Origin: Gemmatimonadota bacterium | Lineage (GTDB): Bacteria; Latescibacterota; UBA2968; UBA8231 | Direction: 5' to 3' | DNA: 64,000 bases | NCBI GenBank assembly: GCA_038128265.1 | Contig: JAYPJE010000023.1 | Span: forward strand, 1 to 64,000 | Shown: piece after piece, positions 38,782 to 47,835 of the stretch | Numbering within the stretch: the stretch's first letter is position 1 | Layout: the number at the start of each line of letters is the position of its first letter | Translations under genes and position numbers: made by a program | Notes under the pieces: generated by a model | What the model saw: only the letters and a program-made list of their open reading frames with translations | Told to the model about the DNA's origin: nothing | Database searches by the model: none

Positions 38782-41130
38782 TCAGTAGACCACGGCAATG
38801 GTGCGCACTACGACACCGCGGCCGGTGGCTGCACCCACATCCAAGTGCAGCATGTAGAGACCGGGCGGCACGACGGCCCCTGCGGCATCACGCCCGTCCC
38901 AGCGATACGCCGCGCGCTCACCGCGCGCGACCGGCTGTAGCTGCGCTCTGCGCCTGCCCGCCAAATCGACTATATGCACCAGTGGCTGGAGCCCATCGGC
39001 CTTGTAGACTACAAAGTCCACTTCGAGCGCATCGCCTATGCCGTCGCCGTTGGGCGTGACCACGCGCGCAGAAAGGCGCAGGTCGTCTATGAGCCGCTCG
39101 CTGTCGACCAATGCGGGCAAGTAAACCGTATCGCCGCGGCGCTCGGCCGGCTCGACCGACTGCCACAGCCCCGGCTCGTCGCGGCGTCCTAACTCGGCGC
39201 TAAACACGGCAGCGTTGCGGAGCACGCGCGATGAGAAAGCGATCTCCAGCGAATCGCCGCGCACCGCAGACGGCAAGTCAATGCGCAGGGAGTCGCTTTC
39301 CACGCGAACCTCTGCGTCAACCTCCGCTCCAGCGATGCGCACATCAACGTGCTGCGCATCGACCAAACCACCTGGGGCGATCAGCCGCACAATATCGAAC
39401 CCCCGGTCTTCGGCAACGACGCTGTTCCACAGCGTATAGGTAAAGCGCGTCTCCGCGTTGGGAGTTGCCTGGCGCGGTGCGATGCGACCGCGCACGTCCT
39501 GCACGAGCGCATCGCCGTATTCGATGACCAGCTCGTCGAGTATCGGCGCAACGCGCGGATCTTCCGTCGAGAGAATGGCCTCCAGCTGCACAAAGCGCCG
39601 AGGGCTTTCCGATTGAAACGATTCACCGCTGGCCTGATACACATTGCTCCAATCGCTCCAATCAGCGCCGATGACCACGGTAGTATCGACTGCTCCCTTG
39701 AGCACGGCAGGCAGGCTGCTGTAGCGCGCTTCGGTTATTTCGCTGCCAATTTTATCGTAGAACGTATACTCTTCCTGCAGCGAAGAGCCGGAGCGCGAGC
39801 GCAGCTGTAGGCGCGTTGCCGGCGGCAGCTCCGCCTCCCAGTGCAGCGCTTTGATGGCCTTGGGACGTCCGTCGCCGACGATGGCGCCCATATCGATAAA
39901 GTCGGAGCGCAGCACTACTTGCGCCGGATAACCCGACGAAAAGAGCATCAGCTCCGGCATACGCGCGTGCCACTCAGCGCCCGTTAGAAATCCGTGCCAG
40001 AATAAAAAGCGCATCTTGCGCGGCTTAAATAGGTAGCGGAAATGTCGATCGCTCAGCATAAACGGCGCGCGCTCTTCACCCTCGGAAACCAGCGCGGTAT
40101 AGTCGACCTCTCCCGATGTCGTGCGGCGACCGTCTGAGTAGAGGTAGGCAAAGCCCGTGCCGCCGTTGCGCACCGACGATCCTGAAGCCCCTTCGCCCGG
40201 ATCGATAAAGTAGGCAAAAAGGCCCTCGACCCAGAACTGTGCCCCCAAGTCCATTTCCCACCAAAGTCCCTCATTTTTCCAACCCGAAGTGGCCTGCCAG
40301 GTAGTAAATTTATTGGCGTACGTATTCATGCTGCCATCGACCATGCTGGGCGCATCGCGCACCACCAAACCCGTCTGAATACGGCCACCGCGCTCGACCG
40401 TGCCCAGCGCAATATTGTCGCCCACCGCGTCGACCTCCACTTCAGCCAGCGCCGCCCCGGCACTCTGCTCGTCGACGCCAATGCGGATGTACTGCACGGT
40501 GCGAAAACCCGATTCGCGCACCCTATCGACTTCAAGATCGGCGTCGAGCACGCGCATTACGTCTTTGCGGCCGCTGAGATCAATAATCAATTCGGTGTCG
40601 GCGTTGGGCAGCGTCGTCTGATAGACGCTCTCAAAGCGAAAGATATCGTCGCGTGCGCTAATGGTACTGCCAGTGGCCGTGTAGACCGTAAACTGACGCA
40701 GCGGTTTGACGTCCTCGCCATCGGGAAAGTAGAGGCGAATCTGGCGTATCAACACGGCGCGTCCCAGGTCTATTTCCACCTCCCACTTGGCCAGTGGATC
40801 GTCCGGATCAGGCTGCCAGTAGGTGGCTCTATTGCCGTCCATTACGTGCGATGCACTAGCCGCCCCTGAGCCAGCGCGCCAGATACCGCCCGTTACCTCG
40901 CCGTGCGCCAACGTACCGTGCGTAAACGAACTGGCATTGCGCACGGGATTGATGTCTTTGCGAAAACGAAACAGTTGGATGCGTCCATCCTCACCAACTT
41001 CGACCAGTCCCTGAGGCATGTTCCACCGCGCCCACTTTTCCGGCGCGTCAAAGCGGTAGTATTCGCCGTGCGCCCAGTGTGCCTGTAAACATATAAGCGC
41101 AATGCAAGCAGCTATACGCATGCCAAGCAC
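38782..41130 (-). CDS. Large secreted protein with discoidin-like regions and C-terminal FlgD-Ig-like domain
   Basis: Signal peptide; 'MDGNRATYW..W.VEIDLG'; C-terminal TPNGDG.GD, WDGRD..G..VPPG.Y; GAGGAGG RBS. Confidence 0.8.
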   Translation of the reverse strand: MLGMRIAACIALICLQAHWAHGEYYRFDAPEKWARWNMPQGLVEVGEDGRIQLFRFRKDINPVRNASSFTHGTLAHGEVTGGIWRAGSGAASASHVMDGNRATYWQPDPDDPLAKWEVEIDLGRAVLIRQIRLYFPDGEDVKPLRQFTVYTATGSTISARDDIFRFESVYQTTLPNADTELIIDLSGRKDVMRVLDADLEVDRVRESGFRTVQYIRIGVDEQSAGAALAEVEVDAVGDNIALGTVERGGRIQTGLVVRDAPSMVDGSMNTYANKFTTWQATSGWKNEGLWWEMDLGAQFWVEGLFAYFIDPGEGASGSSVRNGGTGFAYLYSDGRRTTSGEVDYTALVSEGEERAPFMLSDRHFRYLFKPRKMRFLFWHGFLTGAEWHARMPELMLFSSGYPAQVVLRSDFIDMGAIVGDGRPKAIKALHWEAELPPATRLQLRSRSGSSLQEEYTFYDKIGSEITEARYSSLPAVLKGAVDTTVVIGADWSDWSNVYQASGESFQSESPRRFVQLEAILSTEDPRVAPILDELVIEYGDALVQDVRGRIAPRQATPNAETRFTYTLWNSVVAEDRGFDIVRLIAPGGLVDAQHVDVRIAGAEVDAEVRVESDSLRIDLPSAVRGDSLEIAFSSRVLRNAAVFSAELGRRDEPGLWQSVEPAERRGDTVYLPALVDSERLIDDLRLSARVVTPNGDGIGDALEVDFVVYKADGLQPLVHIVDLAGRRRAQLQPVARGERAAYRWDGRDAAGAVVPPGLYMLHLDVGAATGRGVVVRTIAVVY

Positions 41131-41134
41131 CTCC

Positions 41135-43144
41135 TCAATACGCCACGCTGACGGGATGCATGTAACGCACCGTGCGCAGTTCGGAATGTAGCTCTATTCC
41201 GGCTACGTATATCCCTGGAGGCAGAAGTTGACCGCGTTCGCTGCGTCCGTCCCAGCGCACGACTTGCGGTCCAGCTTCCTGCACGCCCAGCGGCAGGCGC
41301 GCACGCACCGTGCCCTGTAAATCGCACACGACCCATTCAACGGGGATGGGAGCGGGCAGCATAAATAGCTCATAGGCCATCTCTACTACGTCGTTGACAC
41401 CGTCGCCGTTGGGCGTGAATGCGCTGGAAGATAAGCGCACCTGGCGGGCAAACTGCGCTGGATCTAGCGCACTGCCCAACACGCGTAAATCGTTGGTCGA
41501 TACCTCCTCGCCCGCATCGCCCGGCTCGATCGGCTGGGGTAGGTTACCCGAAGCAGAATCGAATACCTCCCCCTCAAAGGTGGTCGCCTGCAAAAACACC
41601 GGTGCGGCAAATACCAAGCGCACTCTTTCTTCGTTGGCGCGATCTATTCGCCGCGGCAGCAGCACACTCAAACCGCTCTCCTCCTCGATGACGGATACCG
41701 CCTCGACCGGCTGCGGCGGATGGCCCATCTCCAGGCGCATAAAGCGCGGACGGCTCCCCGTGCGCACGCGCACTCCATCAAAACCGCCCGATGAAAGAGC
41801 GAATTCCGCAGCGATATCGTATGCGAACTCCTCTTCGCGGCCCAGCTCGACCTGAGTGAAGCCGCGCGCTGGGCGCATATCGTCTAGGCGCGCAACCTCT
41901 CCCACTACGCGATCGGCCAGCGGCGGCGACACTTCTATCCACAGCGAATCCACTTCTATCCAATCGGAAAACTTCCTGCTCTGCAGCGCAATCTGCAGCT
42001 GCACATAGGCGCCGTTGCGCAAGTCGATACGACTGCCCGACTTCGAGATCGGACTCGACCAAAAACTCCAGTTGTCGCTGTCGTACTGCACAGATGCGCG
42101 AATGCCGGGCTGGCGATCGATCTGCAGAATCCCCTCCGTCTCGGACAGGCGCAGTTCGTTTTCATAGCGCTCGCGCGTAACGACGAACTCCTTGCCCGAG
42201 TCGGTGTATTCGTGGTAGACATTGGGGTCGTCGTCGCGCCCCGTGCGCACCTCTACTTCCACCCACGCATCCGCGCTGTCGACCTCGACTGGCACGCCAT
42301 CGACCATGCGCATGGTGCGACCGGCCCAAAACAGGCGACCAAAGTTCACCTCGCGACTTAGAGACAAAATATTGCTGCGGTAGAGCGAGCGCTTGGCCAC
42401 CCCCTCGCCGCGCAGCACAAATTCGGCAATCGTACCGCGCAGCGTATTGCTGTCAGTCGTGTTCTGCTGATCGAGCACGGACTGATTGCGGTTGTAGCGC
42501 ACAAAGCGCACATATTGGTGCGGAAAATCGATTTCCACTTCCGACTCGAAGTTCTGCGGCACGTTGGCAATCAGCGTCTCGAGTCTCCGGTAGCCCGATT
42601 CCAACAGCACCGGATCCGATTCTTCTGACACACTCACTTCATAGGCTGGGACGGGGTCTTGGTTGAGCGGCACGCCGTCCGAACGCGTGCCCTGCGTCGG
42701 GGTGTAGAAACCAAACTGCGAGGCGGGCACGGGCACGCCAATGTCGATGGTCCAATGGGCGCCGCGCGCCGTATTATACGTGGAGCGATCGCCGTCGACA
42801 TAGAGCGGACTATCGAAGTAGGAAGTTCGGTTAACATTGGTGCCATCCGTATACCACAGGCGCGGCTGATGACCATCGATATAACCCAATTCGCGCGGAC
42901 TTCTCAGCTCAGACCAACCGGCAACAGCCAAATACATGTTTTCGCCCGGCTGAAAAAAGTGCGGCCTCAGCGAATTGGTAGCCGCGTCGACTTCGACTAG
43001 AACGCGCGATGTATCGCTGCGCGACCAAGGAAGACCACTGCCGCCGCCGAGTTGCCACGAGGTAATTTGGGCGATAGCCGGATCGCGCGCGGCGACTAGC
43101 AGCAGCGCGCACAAGACCATGTAAGGCATCACATTTTTTGTCAT
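41135..43144 (-). CDS. Large secreted protein with C-terminal FlgD-Ig-like domain
   Basis: Signal peptide; FTPNGDGVND, WDGRS..G.LLPPG.Y; GAGGAG RBS. Confidence 0.8.
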   Translation of the reverse strand: MTKNVMPYMVLCALLLVAARDPAIAQITSWQLGGGSGLPWSRSDTSRVLVEVDAATNSLRPHFFQPGENMYLAVAGWSELRSPRELGYIDGHQPRLWYTDGTNVNRTSYFDSPLYVDGDRSTYNTARGAHWTIDIGVPVPASQFGFYTPTQGTRSDGVPLNQDPVPAYEVSVSEESDPVLLESGYRRLETLIANVPQNFESEVEIDFPHQYVRFVRYNRNQSVLDQQNTTDSNTLRGTIAEFVLRGEGVAKRSLYRSNILSLSREVNFGRLFWAGRTMRMVDGVPVEVDSADAWVEVEVRTGRDDDPNVYHEYTDSGKEFVVTRERYENELRLSETEGILQIDRQPGIRASVQYDSDNWSFWSSPISKSGSRIDLRNGAYVQLQIALQSRKFSDWIEVDSLWIEVSPPLADRVVGEVARLDDMRPARGFTQVELGREEEFAYDIAAEFALSSGGFDGVRVRTGSRPRFMRLEMGHPPQPVEAVSVIEEESGLSVLLPRRIDRANEERVRLVFAAPVFLQATTFEGEVFDSASGNLPQPIEPGDAGEEVSTNDLRVLGSALDPAQFARQVRLSSSAFTPNGDGVNDVVEMAYELFMLPAPIPVEWVVCDLQGTVRARLPLGVQEAGPQVVRWDGRSERGQLLPPGIYVAGIELHSELRTVRYMHPVSVAY

Positions 43145-43275
43145 AGAGGCTCTCCTCGCGCCCAATATACGCCAACGTTCACCTCCAAATCAACCAATAC
43201 AAGGGGCATTTCCCATAGACCACTTTTTGCTTAGTCTTTGTGCCTATAAACACCCATTGCAAAGGAGCACTATTA

Positions 43276-44004
43276 ATGGGAAAACTGGGCTATGACGATA
43301 CACCCCTCATTCGAGATTCTGCCTACTGCGTGCACGATCCCAAGCGACCGGCGCCGCGCGTAATTACCCCGGCCGAAGCCGTGGGACAGCCTCCAGCCGA
43401 CGCCGTCGTCTTATTTGACGGCAGCGATTTGTCCGGCTGGAGCAGCGTAAAAGGAGGGGATGCGGGCTGGAAAGTTGAAGACGGCTATATGGAAGTGGTC
43501 CCAGGCACGGGCGATATACAGACCAACGCGCACTTTGGCGACGTGCAGTACCACCTCGAATTCGCCTGTCCTGCCGAGATCAAAGGCGAAAGCCAAGGCC
43601 GCGGAAACAGCGGCGTTTTTCTGATGGGACGCTACGAAATTCAGGTGCTCGACGGCTATGATAACCCGACCTATGCCGACGGCATCACCGCGGCCGTCTA
43701 TGGCGAGTATCCACCGCTGGTCAACGCCTGTCGCCCGCCGGGCCAGTGGCAGAGCTACGATATTCTGTGGACGGCCCCGCGCTTTAACGGCGTCGACCTG
43801 GTCAGCCCGGCCTATGCCACGGTTATCCACAACGGCGTCGTCGTGCACAACCACGTCGAGCTGCATGGACCAACCGGCCATCGCGACGTATATCGCTACG
43901 TTGCCCACTCACCGCAGGGCCCGCTGCGCCTACAGGATCACGGCGACCTCGTGCGCTTCCGCACTATTTGGGCGCGCCCCATCGGCGATTACGACGCAGG
44001 CTAA
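43276..44004 (+). CDS. DUF1080 (3-keto-disaccharide hydrolase) family protein
   Basis: LFDG.DL..W, GRGNSGVF, YEIQVLD, LQDHG..VRFR; AAGGAG RBS. Confidence 0.9.
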   Translation: MGKLGYDDTPLIRDSAYCVHDPKRPAPRVITPAEAVGQPPADAVVLFDGSDLSGWSSVKGGDAGWKVEDGYMEVVPGTGDIQTNAHFGDVQYHLEFACPAEIKGESQGRGNSGVFLMGRYEIQVLDGYDNPTYADGITAAVYGEYPPLVNACRPPGQWQSYDILWTAPRFNGVDLVSPAYATVIHNGVVVHNHVELHGPTGHRDVYRYVAHSPQGPLRLQDHGDLVRFRTIWARPIGDYDAG

Positions 44005-44029
44005 TCGACCACAACGCGGCAGTGCGTAG

Positions 44030-44071
44030 AAACGGGGACCGATCCGCTAGGGCATCGGTCCCCGTTTTTTT
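44030..44071 (+). terminator. Intrinsic (probably bidirectional) terminator
   Basis: aaacggggaccgat-loop-atcggtccccgttt followed by a T run, between convergent genes. Confidence 0.8.
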
Positions 44072-44084
44072 ATCGCGTAAGCGC

Positions 44085-46001
44085 TCAGCGATTCGGTGCG
44101 CAAAGCACGCGCACATCGCCCTGTCGCTGCGTGAATCCCGCGCCGTCGAAATGGATCAGCAGGGCCACTGCGCATTTGCGATTGCAATCCATGGCGTCGC
44201 GGTATTGAGATACGGTGATGTGCTCGTGTTCGTGCAGATAGCGCTCCAGCACCGCGCGCGCCTCGCCGATGATATCGGCGTGTAACAGCAGGCCCCCTTC
44301 CAAGACGACGACCACCCCTAAACTCTGCAGCGCTCCCAGCACCGGATCCAGCGCGCGCGGGCTTATAGACAGCGTGCGCGCCAGACCCGCCGCATCCTGC
44401 AGAGCGGGCCAATCGCGCGTGCGCACAGCCTCCTCTACGCGCTGACGCAGTGCATTTTGCTCGTCGTCGAATTCAATTTCGTGACCGCATAGGCGCACGC
44501 TCGAGGCGCTGATCTCAACGCGCTTATCCTGTGCCATCTGATCGAGCACCCAATCGAACAGCTCGACCTGCACATAGCGCGCGCTGCGCTGATAGAGTTC
44601 GGCCCTGCGCAGCCCTGCGCGCAACGGGTGTTCCTGGTGAAATACCGTCAACGCATCCGTAATACGCTCGACCCACAGGCTGCACACCACCGCGTGCAGC
44701 ACCACAAGCTCCCCCCCCGCTTCGCGCAGCAAGACGCGCTGCGTCTCTTGCATATCCATCAGGATCGCATCTATCTCGCGCATAGAGCGGGCCAGGTTTG
44801 CCGCCAGCTGCCGCTGCGTCCACAGGCGATCTTCGGCTGTGCTGAGCAGCGCCTCGACTGCTTCCCGCACATCGTCTCTTTCCAACGCGCGCAGCCGAGC
44901 GCACACCGCATCGTCAGCGCGGCGATGTTTGCGCGGGTGTGGATCGAGCACGCTGCCGCCGCCGATGCTCAGCGGCGGCGAGTAGCGGCGCAGCACAAAG
45001 CGATCACCCCAGGCCGCGCAGAGCGGTTTCTCCAAGCGCAGCTGGGCTAGCCCCTGCTCGCCCGGCAGCAGTTCGTCGCAGTCGAGGAGCACTACGCGCG
45101 CCAGCACCTCTGCCGTACCCACGTGCAGTCGCACGCGCGTGCGCTGCTCCAGCGCGGCCGGACTCGAATCGAGCAGGCGCAGGCGCACATCGATCATATG
45201 GGTGGGTGCAAAGAGGCCCGCTTCGACGAGCACGTCCCCGCGCTGCACCTCTTCCAGTTCGATGCCGGCCAGGTTGATGGCAGCGCGATCGCCGGCGGTC
45301 ACAGCCGACACGGCGCGCCCGTGCGTCTGCGCACTGCGCACGCGCGCTGCGTGCCCAGCAGGCAGCACGTCAACGGCCGCCCCTTCCGCTATCGCACCGG
45401 CCACGACCGTGCCCGTACACACCAGGCCAAAACCCTTGACGGAAAAAGCGCGATCGACCGGCAGTCGAAACGGCGCATCGCTGCGCCGCGCGTGCGTAGC
45501 GGCCGTCATGTCTAGCAGCTGTGCGCGCAGCATATCCACGCCCGCACCGCTCTGCGCCGAAACGCGAACGATCGGCGCATCTTGCAGAAAAGTGCCCCGC
45601 GCGAACGCGCGCAGCTCGTCTTCCATTAACGCTAGCCACTCGTCTTCTACTAGATCGATTTTATTTAGCGCAATAAGGCCGCGCTCAACGCCCAGCAGAT
45701 CGAGGATATCGAGGTGCTCGCGCGACTGCGGCATAATGCCGTCGTCTGCCGCCACGACCAACAGCGCTACATCGACGGCGCTGACGCCGGCCACCATCGT
45801 CTTGACGAAGCGCTCGTGACCAGGCACGTCGACAAGAGCGATGTCGTCGCCGAGGAAGGCAAAGCCCAACTCAATCGTTATACCGCGCGCTTTTTCTTCC
45901 GGCGCACGGTCCGTATCCGTGCCCGTCAGCGCCTTGACCAATAGCGTCTTGCCGTGATCTATATGCCCGGCCATTCCTACGACGGTGTGTGCCATGTGCA
46001 T
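44085..46001 (-). CDS. selB: Selenocysteine-specific elongation factor
   Basis: [40 protein letters not shown]-terminal winged-helix region (RK.AV.LL.HFD..G.T.R.GD.R). Confidence 0.95.
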   Translation of the reverse strand: MHMAHTVVGMAGHIDHGKTLLVKALTGTDTDRAPEEKARGITIELGFAFLGDDIALVDVPGHERFVKTMVAGVSAVDVALLVVAADDGIMPQSREHLDILDLLGVERGLIALNKIDLVEDEWLALMEDELRAFARGTFLQDAPIVRVSAQSGAGVDMLRAQLLDMTAATHARRSDAPFRLPVDRAFSVKGFGLVCTGTVVAGAIAEGAAVDVLPAGHAARVRSAQTHGRAVSAVTAGDRAAINLAGIELEEVQRGDVLVEAGLFAPTHMIDVRLRLLDSSPAALEQRTRVRLHVGTAEVLARVVLLDCDELLPGEQGLAQLRLEKPLCAAWGDRFVLRRYSPPLSIGGGSVLDPHPRKHRRADDAVCARLRALERDDVREAVEALLSTAEDRLWTQRQLAANLARSMREIDAILMDMQETQRVLLREAGGELVVLHAVVCSLWVERITDALTVFHQEHPLRAGLRRAELYQRSARYVQVELFDWVLDQMAQDKRVEISASSVRLCGHEIEFDDEQNALRQRVEEAVRTRDWPALQDAAGLARTLSISPRALDPVLGALQSLGVVVVLEGGLLLHADIIGEARAVLERYLHEHEHITVSQYRDAMDCNRKCAVALLIHFDGAGFTQRQGDVRVLCAPNR

Positions 46002-46073
46002 CCTGGATTTAGTGGTGATTCTTGCGTTATATTACTCCCCGACCTCCACCAATGCAAAACGCGGGAGCTTCCC

Positions 46074-46811
46074 ATGCAGCTCAAACACATGCGCCCCTAC
46101 CAGCTGCGCGACTACGTTGAAGCAGGCCATCCGCTGCTCGTACCGGCTGGCTGCATCGAGACGCACGGCCCACATATGGCCATCGGCCACGATACTATTA
46201 TTGTCGAAGAGATCTGTCAGCGCACCGCCGAGCGAACGCCCTGTGCCATCGCCCCTTCTTTCGACTACGGCCCTACCGGCTACGCCCTCGGAGGTCCCGA
46301 AGACGGTACCATTGATCCAGACTACGATGCCTTTGGCCGCTATGTGAAGAGCATATTGAAGAATTTTCGCGAAATGGGTTTCCGCAGAATATACGTCAGC
46401 ATTATGCACCAAGGCATGGAAGCACCGCTAGCGCTGGCCTTCAAAAAAGCGGCGGCCGAGCTGACCTTTGAAGCTGTGTTAGAAAGAGGCCACGCGCGCG
46501 GCTGGTGGGGACGCGAAGAGGAAATGCGGGCGGTAGGGGGGGACGTATGGGGACGCATTCAGGTGCTACCGATGATTCTGCCGGCTGCCAGCCCGCCGGC
46601 CGGAGGAGACCACGCCGGCTATAACGAGACCTCGTTCCTCATGGCGGCACGCCCGGAGCTAGTCGAGCAAGATCGGCTCGACGACAGCGCGCCCTGGTAC
46701 TGTCGGCAATCCGAAGAAAGGAACAGCTGGACCGCCAACGTCGAACACGGCCAAGCGATGATTGATGCCGTCGTCGACGCCTGGGTCGAGAAGATAGACG
46801 GCGAGCGCTAA
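46074..46811 (+). CDS. Creatininase family protein
   Basis: G.IETHGPH...GHD, HQG, DHAG..ETS. Confidence 0.85.
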   Translation: MQLKHMRPYQLRDYVEAGHPLLVPAGCIETHGPHMAIGHDTIIVEEICQRTAERTPCAIAPSFDYGPTGYALGGPEDGTIDPDYDAFGRYVKSILKNFREMGFRRIYVSIMHQGMEAPLALAFKKAAAELTFEAVLERGHARGWWGREEEMRAVGGDVWGRIQVLPMILPAASPPAGGDHAGYNETSFLMAARPELVEQDRLDDSAPWYCRQSEERNSWTANVEHGQAMIDAVVDAWVEKIDGER

Positions 46812-46815
46812 GCCC

Positions 46816-47433
46816 ATGGCAGCCGTAATCTCTATCAATCCACAGCATCTCGATGCGCAGCACATCGAGCACGCGGCCAGCGTTTTGCGCGAAGGCGGCG
46901 TCATAATATACCCGACCGATACGATTTATGGATTGGGCTGCGATATTACTAATCCAGCGGCGATCGAACGCGTGCAGCGCATCAAAGGACGCGATGCCAA
47001 CAAGCCCATGTCGTTTGTATGCGCAACGTTAAACGACGTAGACCGCTACGCGCGCGTTTCCGCCTACGCTCGTCCCCTGCTCGAGCAGTGCCTGCCTGGG
47101 GCCTATACATTTGTCCTGCCGGCAGCAGATGGGGCACCGCTCGCGCTAACGACAGGTCAGCAAACTGTCGGCCTGCGCATTCCCGACCATCCGGTGCCGC
47201 TCGCCCTCGTATCCGCGCTCGGCGCACCCATTCTGAGTACCAGCGCCAATTTCTCAACGCAGGAAGTCATAACCGAACCGCGCGACTTGGAAGAGCAGAT
47301 GGGCAGTCTCGTCGATTTAATACTCGCAAGCGGCTCACTGCCCGTGCAGCCATCCAGCGTCGTATCGCTGGTCGGCGATCGAGCCGAGGTGCTGCGAGCG
47401 GGCAAAGGAGACCTGCGCCTCTTTCAACCCTAG
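46816..47433 (+). CDS. Sua5/YciO/YrdC family threonylcarbamoyl-AMP synthase
   Basis: YPTDTIYGLGC, KGR..NKP, PGAYTF, GLRIP, STSAN. Confidence 0.9.
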   Translation: MAAVISINPQHLDAQHIEHAASVLREGGVIIYPTDTIYGLGCDITNPAAIERVQRIKGRDANKPMSFVCATLNDVDRYARVSAYARPLLEQCLPGAYTFVLPAADGAPLALTTGQQTVGLRIPDHPVPLALVSALGAPILSTSANFSTQEVITEPRDLEEQMGSLVDLILASGSLPVQPSSVVSLVGDRAEVLRAGKGDLRLFQP

Positions 47434-47449
47434 CGACTGAACGAGATGC

Positions 47450-47731
47450 CTATTCCGCCTTTTCCTCTTCGCCTTCTTCTTCCTCTTCCTCAAAATAGTC
47501 GCCGTACAGCGCACTGAGAGCCTCGTTTTCACGCACGTACGTGCGCCACGCTTCCATTACGGCATCGGAATCTACACACTTATTGCACGGCACCAGCATA
47601 TTGTCCTGATTTGTGCCGAGAAAGCCGCGGTCGTAGCAGATCTTGCAGTTTTTCTTTGTGCGGTTTTGGGCAATTATATCGCGCGCCGCCGCTAGGTGCT
47701 CGTCGGGTAGACGAGGTATGCTCTCCGACAT
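47450..47731 (-). CDS. Small hypothetical protein with CxxC..CxxC and acidic tail
   Basis: CKICYDRG...PCNKC, poly-Glu C-terminus; GGAG upstream. Confidence 0.7.
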   Translation of the reverse strand: MSESIPRLPDEHLAAARDIIAQNRTKKNCKICYDRGFLGTNQDNMLVPCNKCVDSDAVMEAWRTYVRENEALSALYGDYFEEEEEEGEEEKAE

Positions 47732-47835
47732 AGTCTCTCTCCGTATAACCTGCGTTGAAAATGCTGGACGCAATTGACTCAGGCGCCGCAATTGCATTTA
47801 GTACCTGGCCCAATAATAAAAGTATGTGGAGCAAA

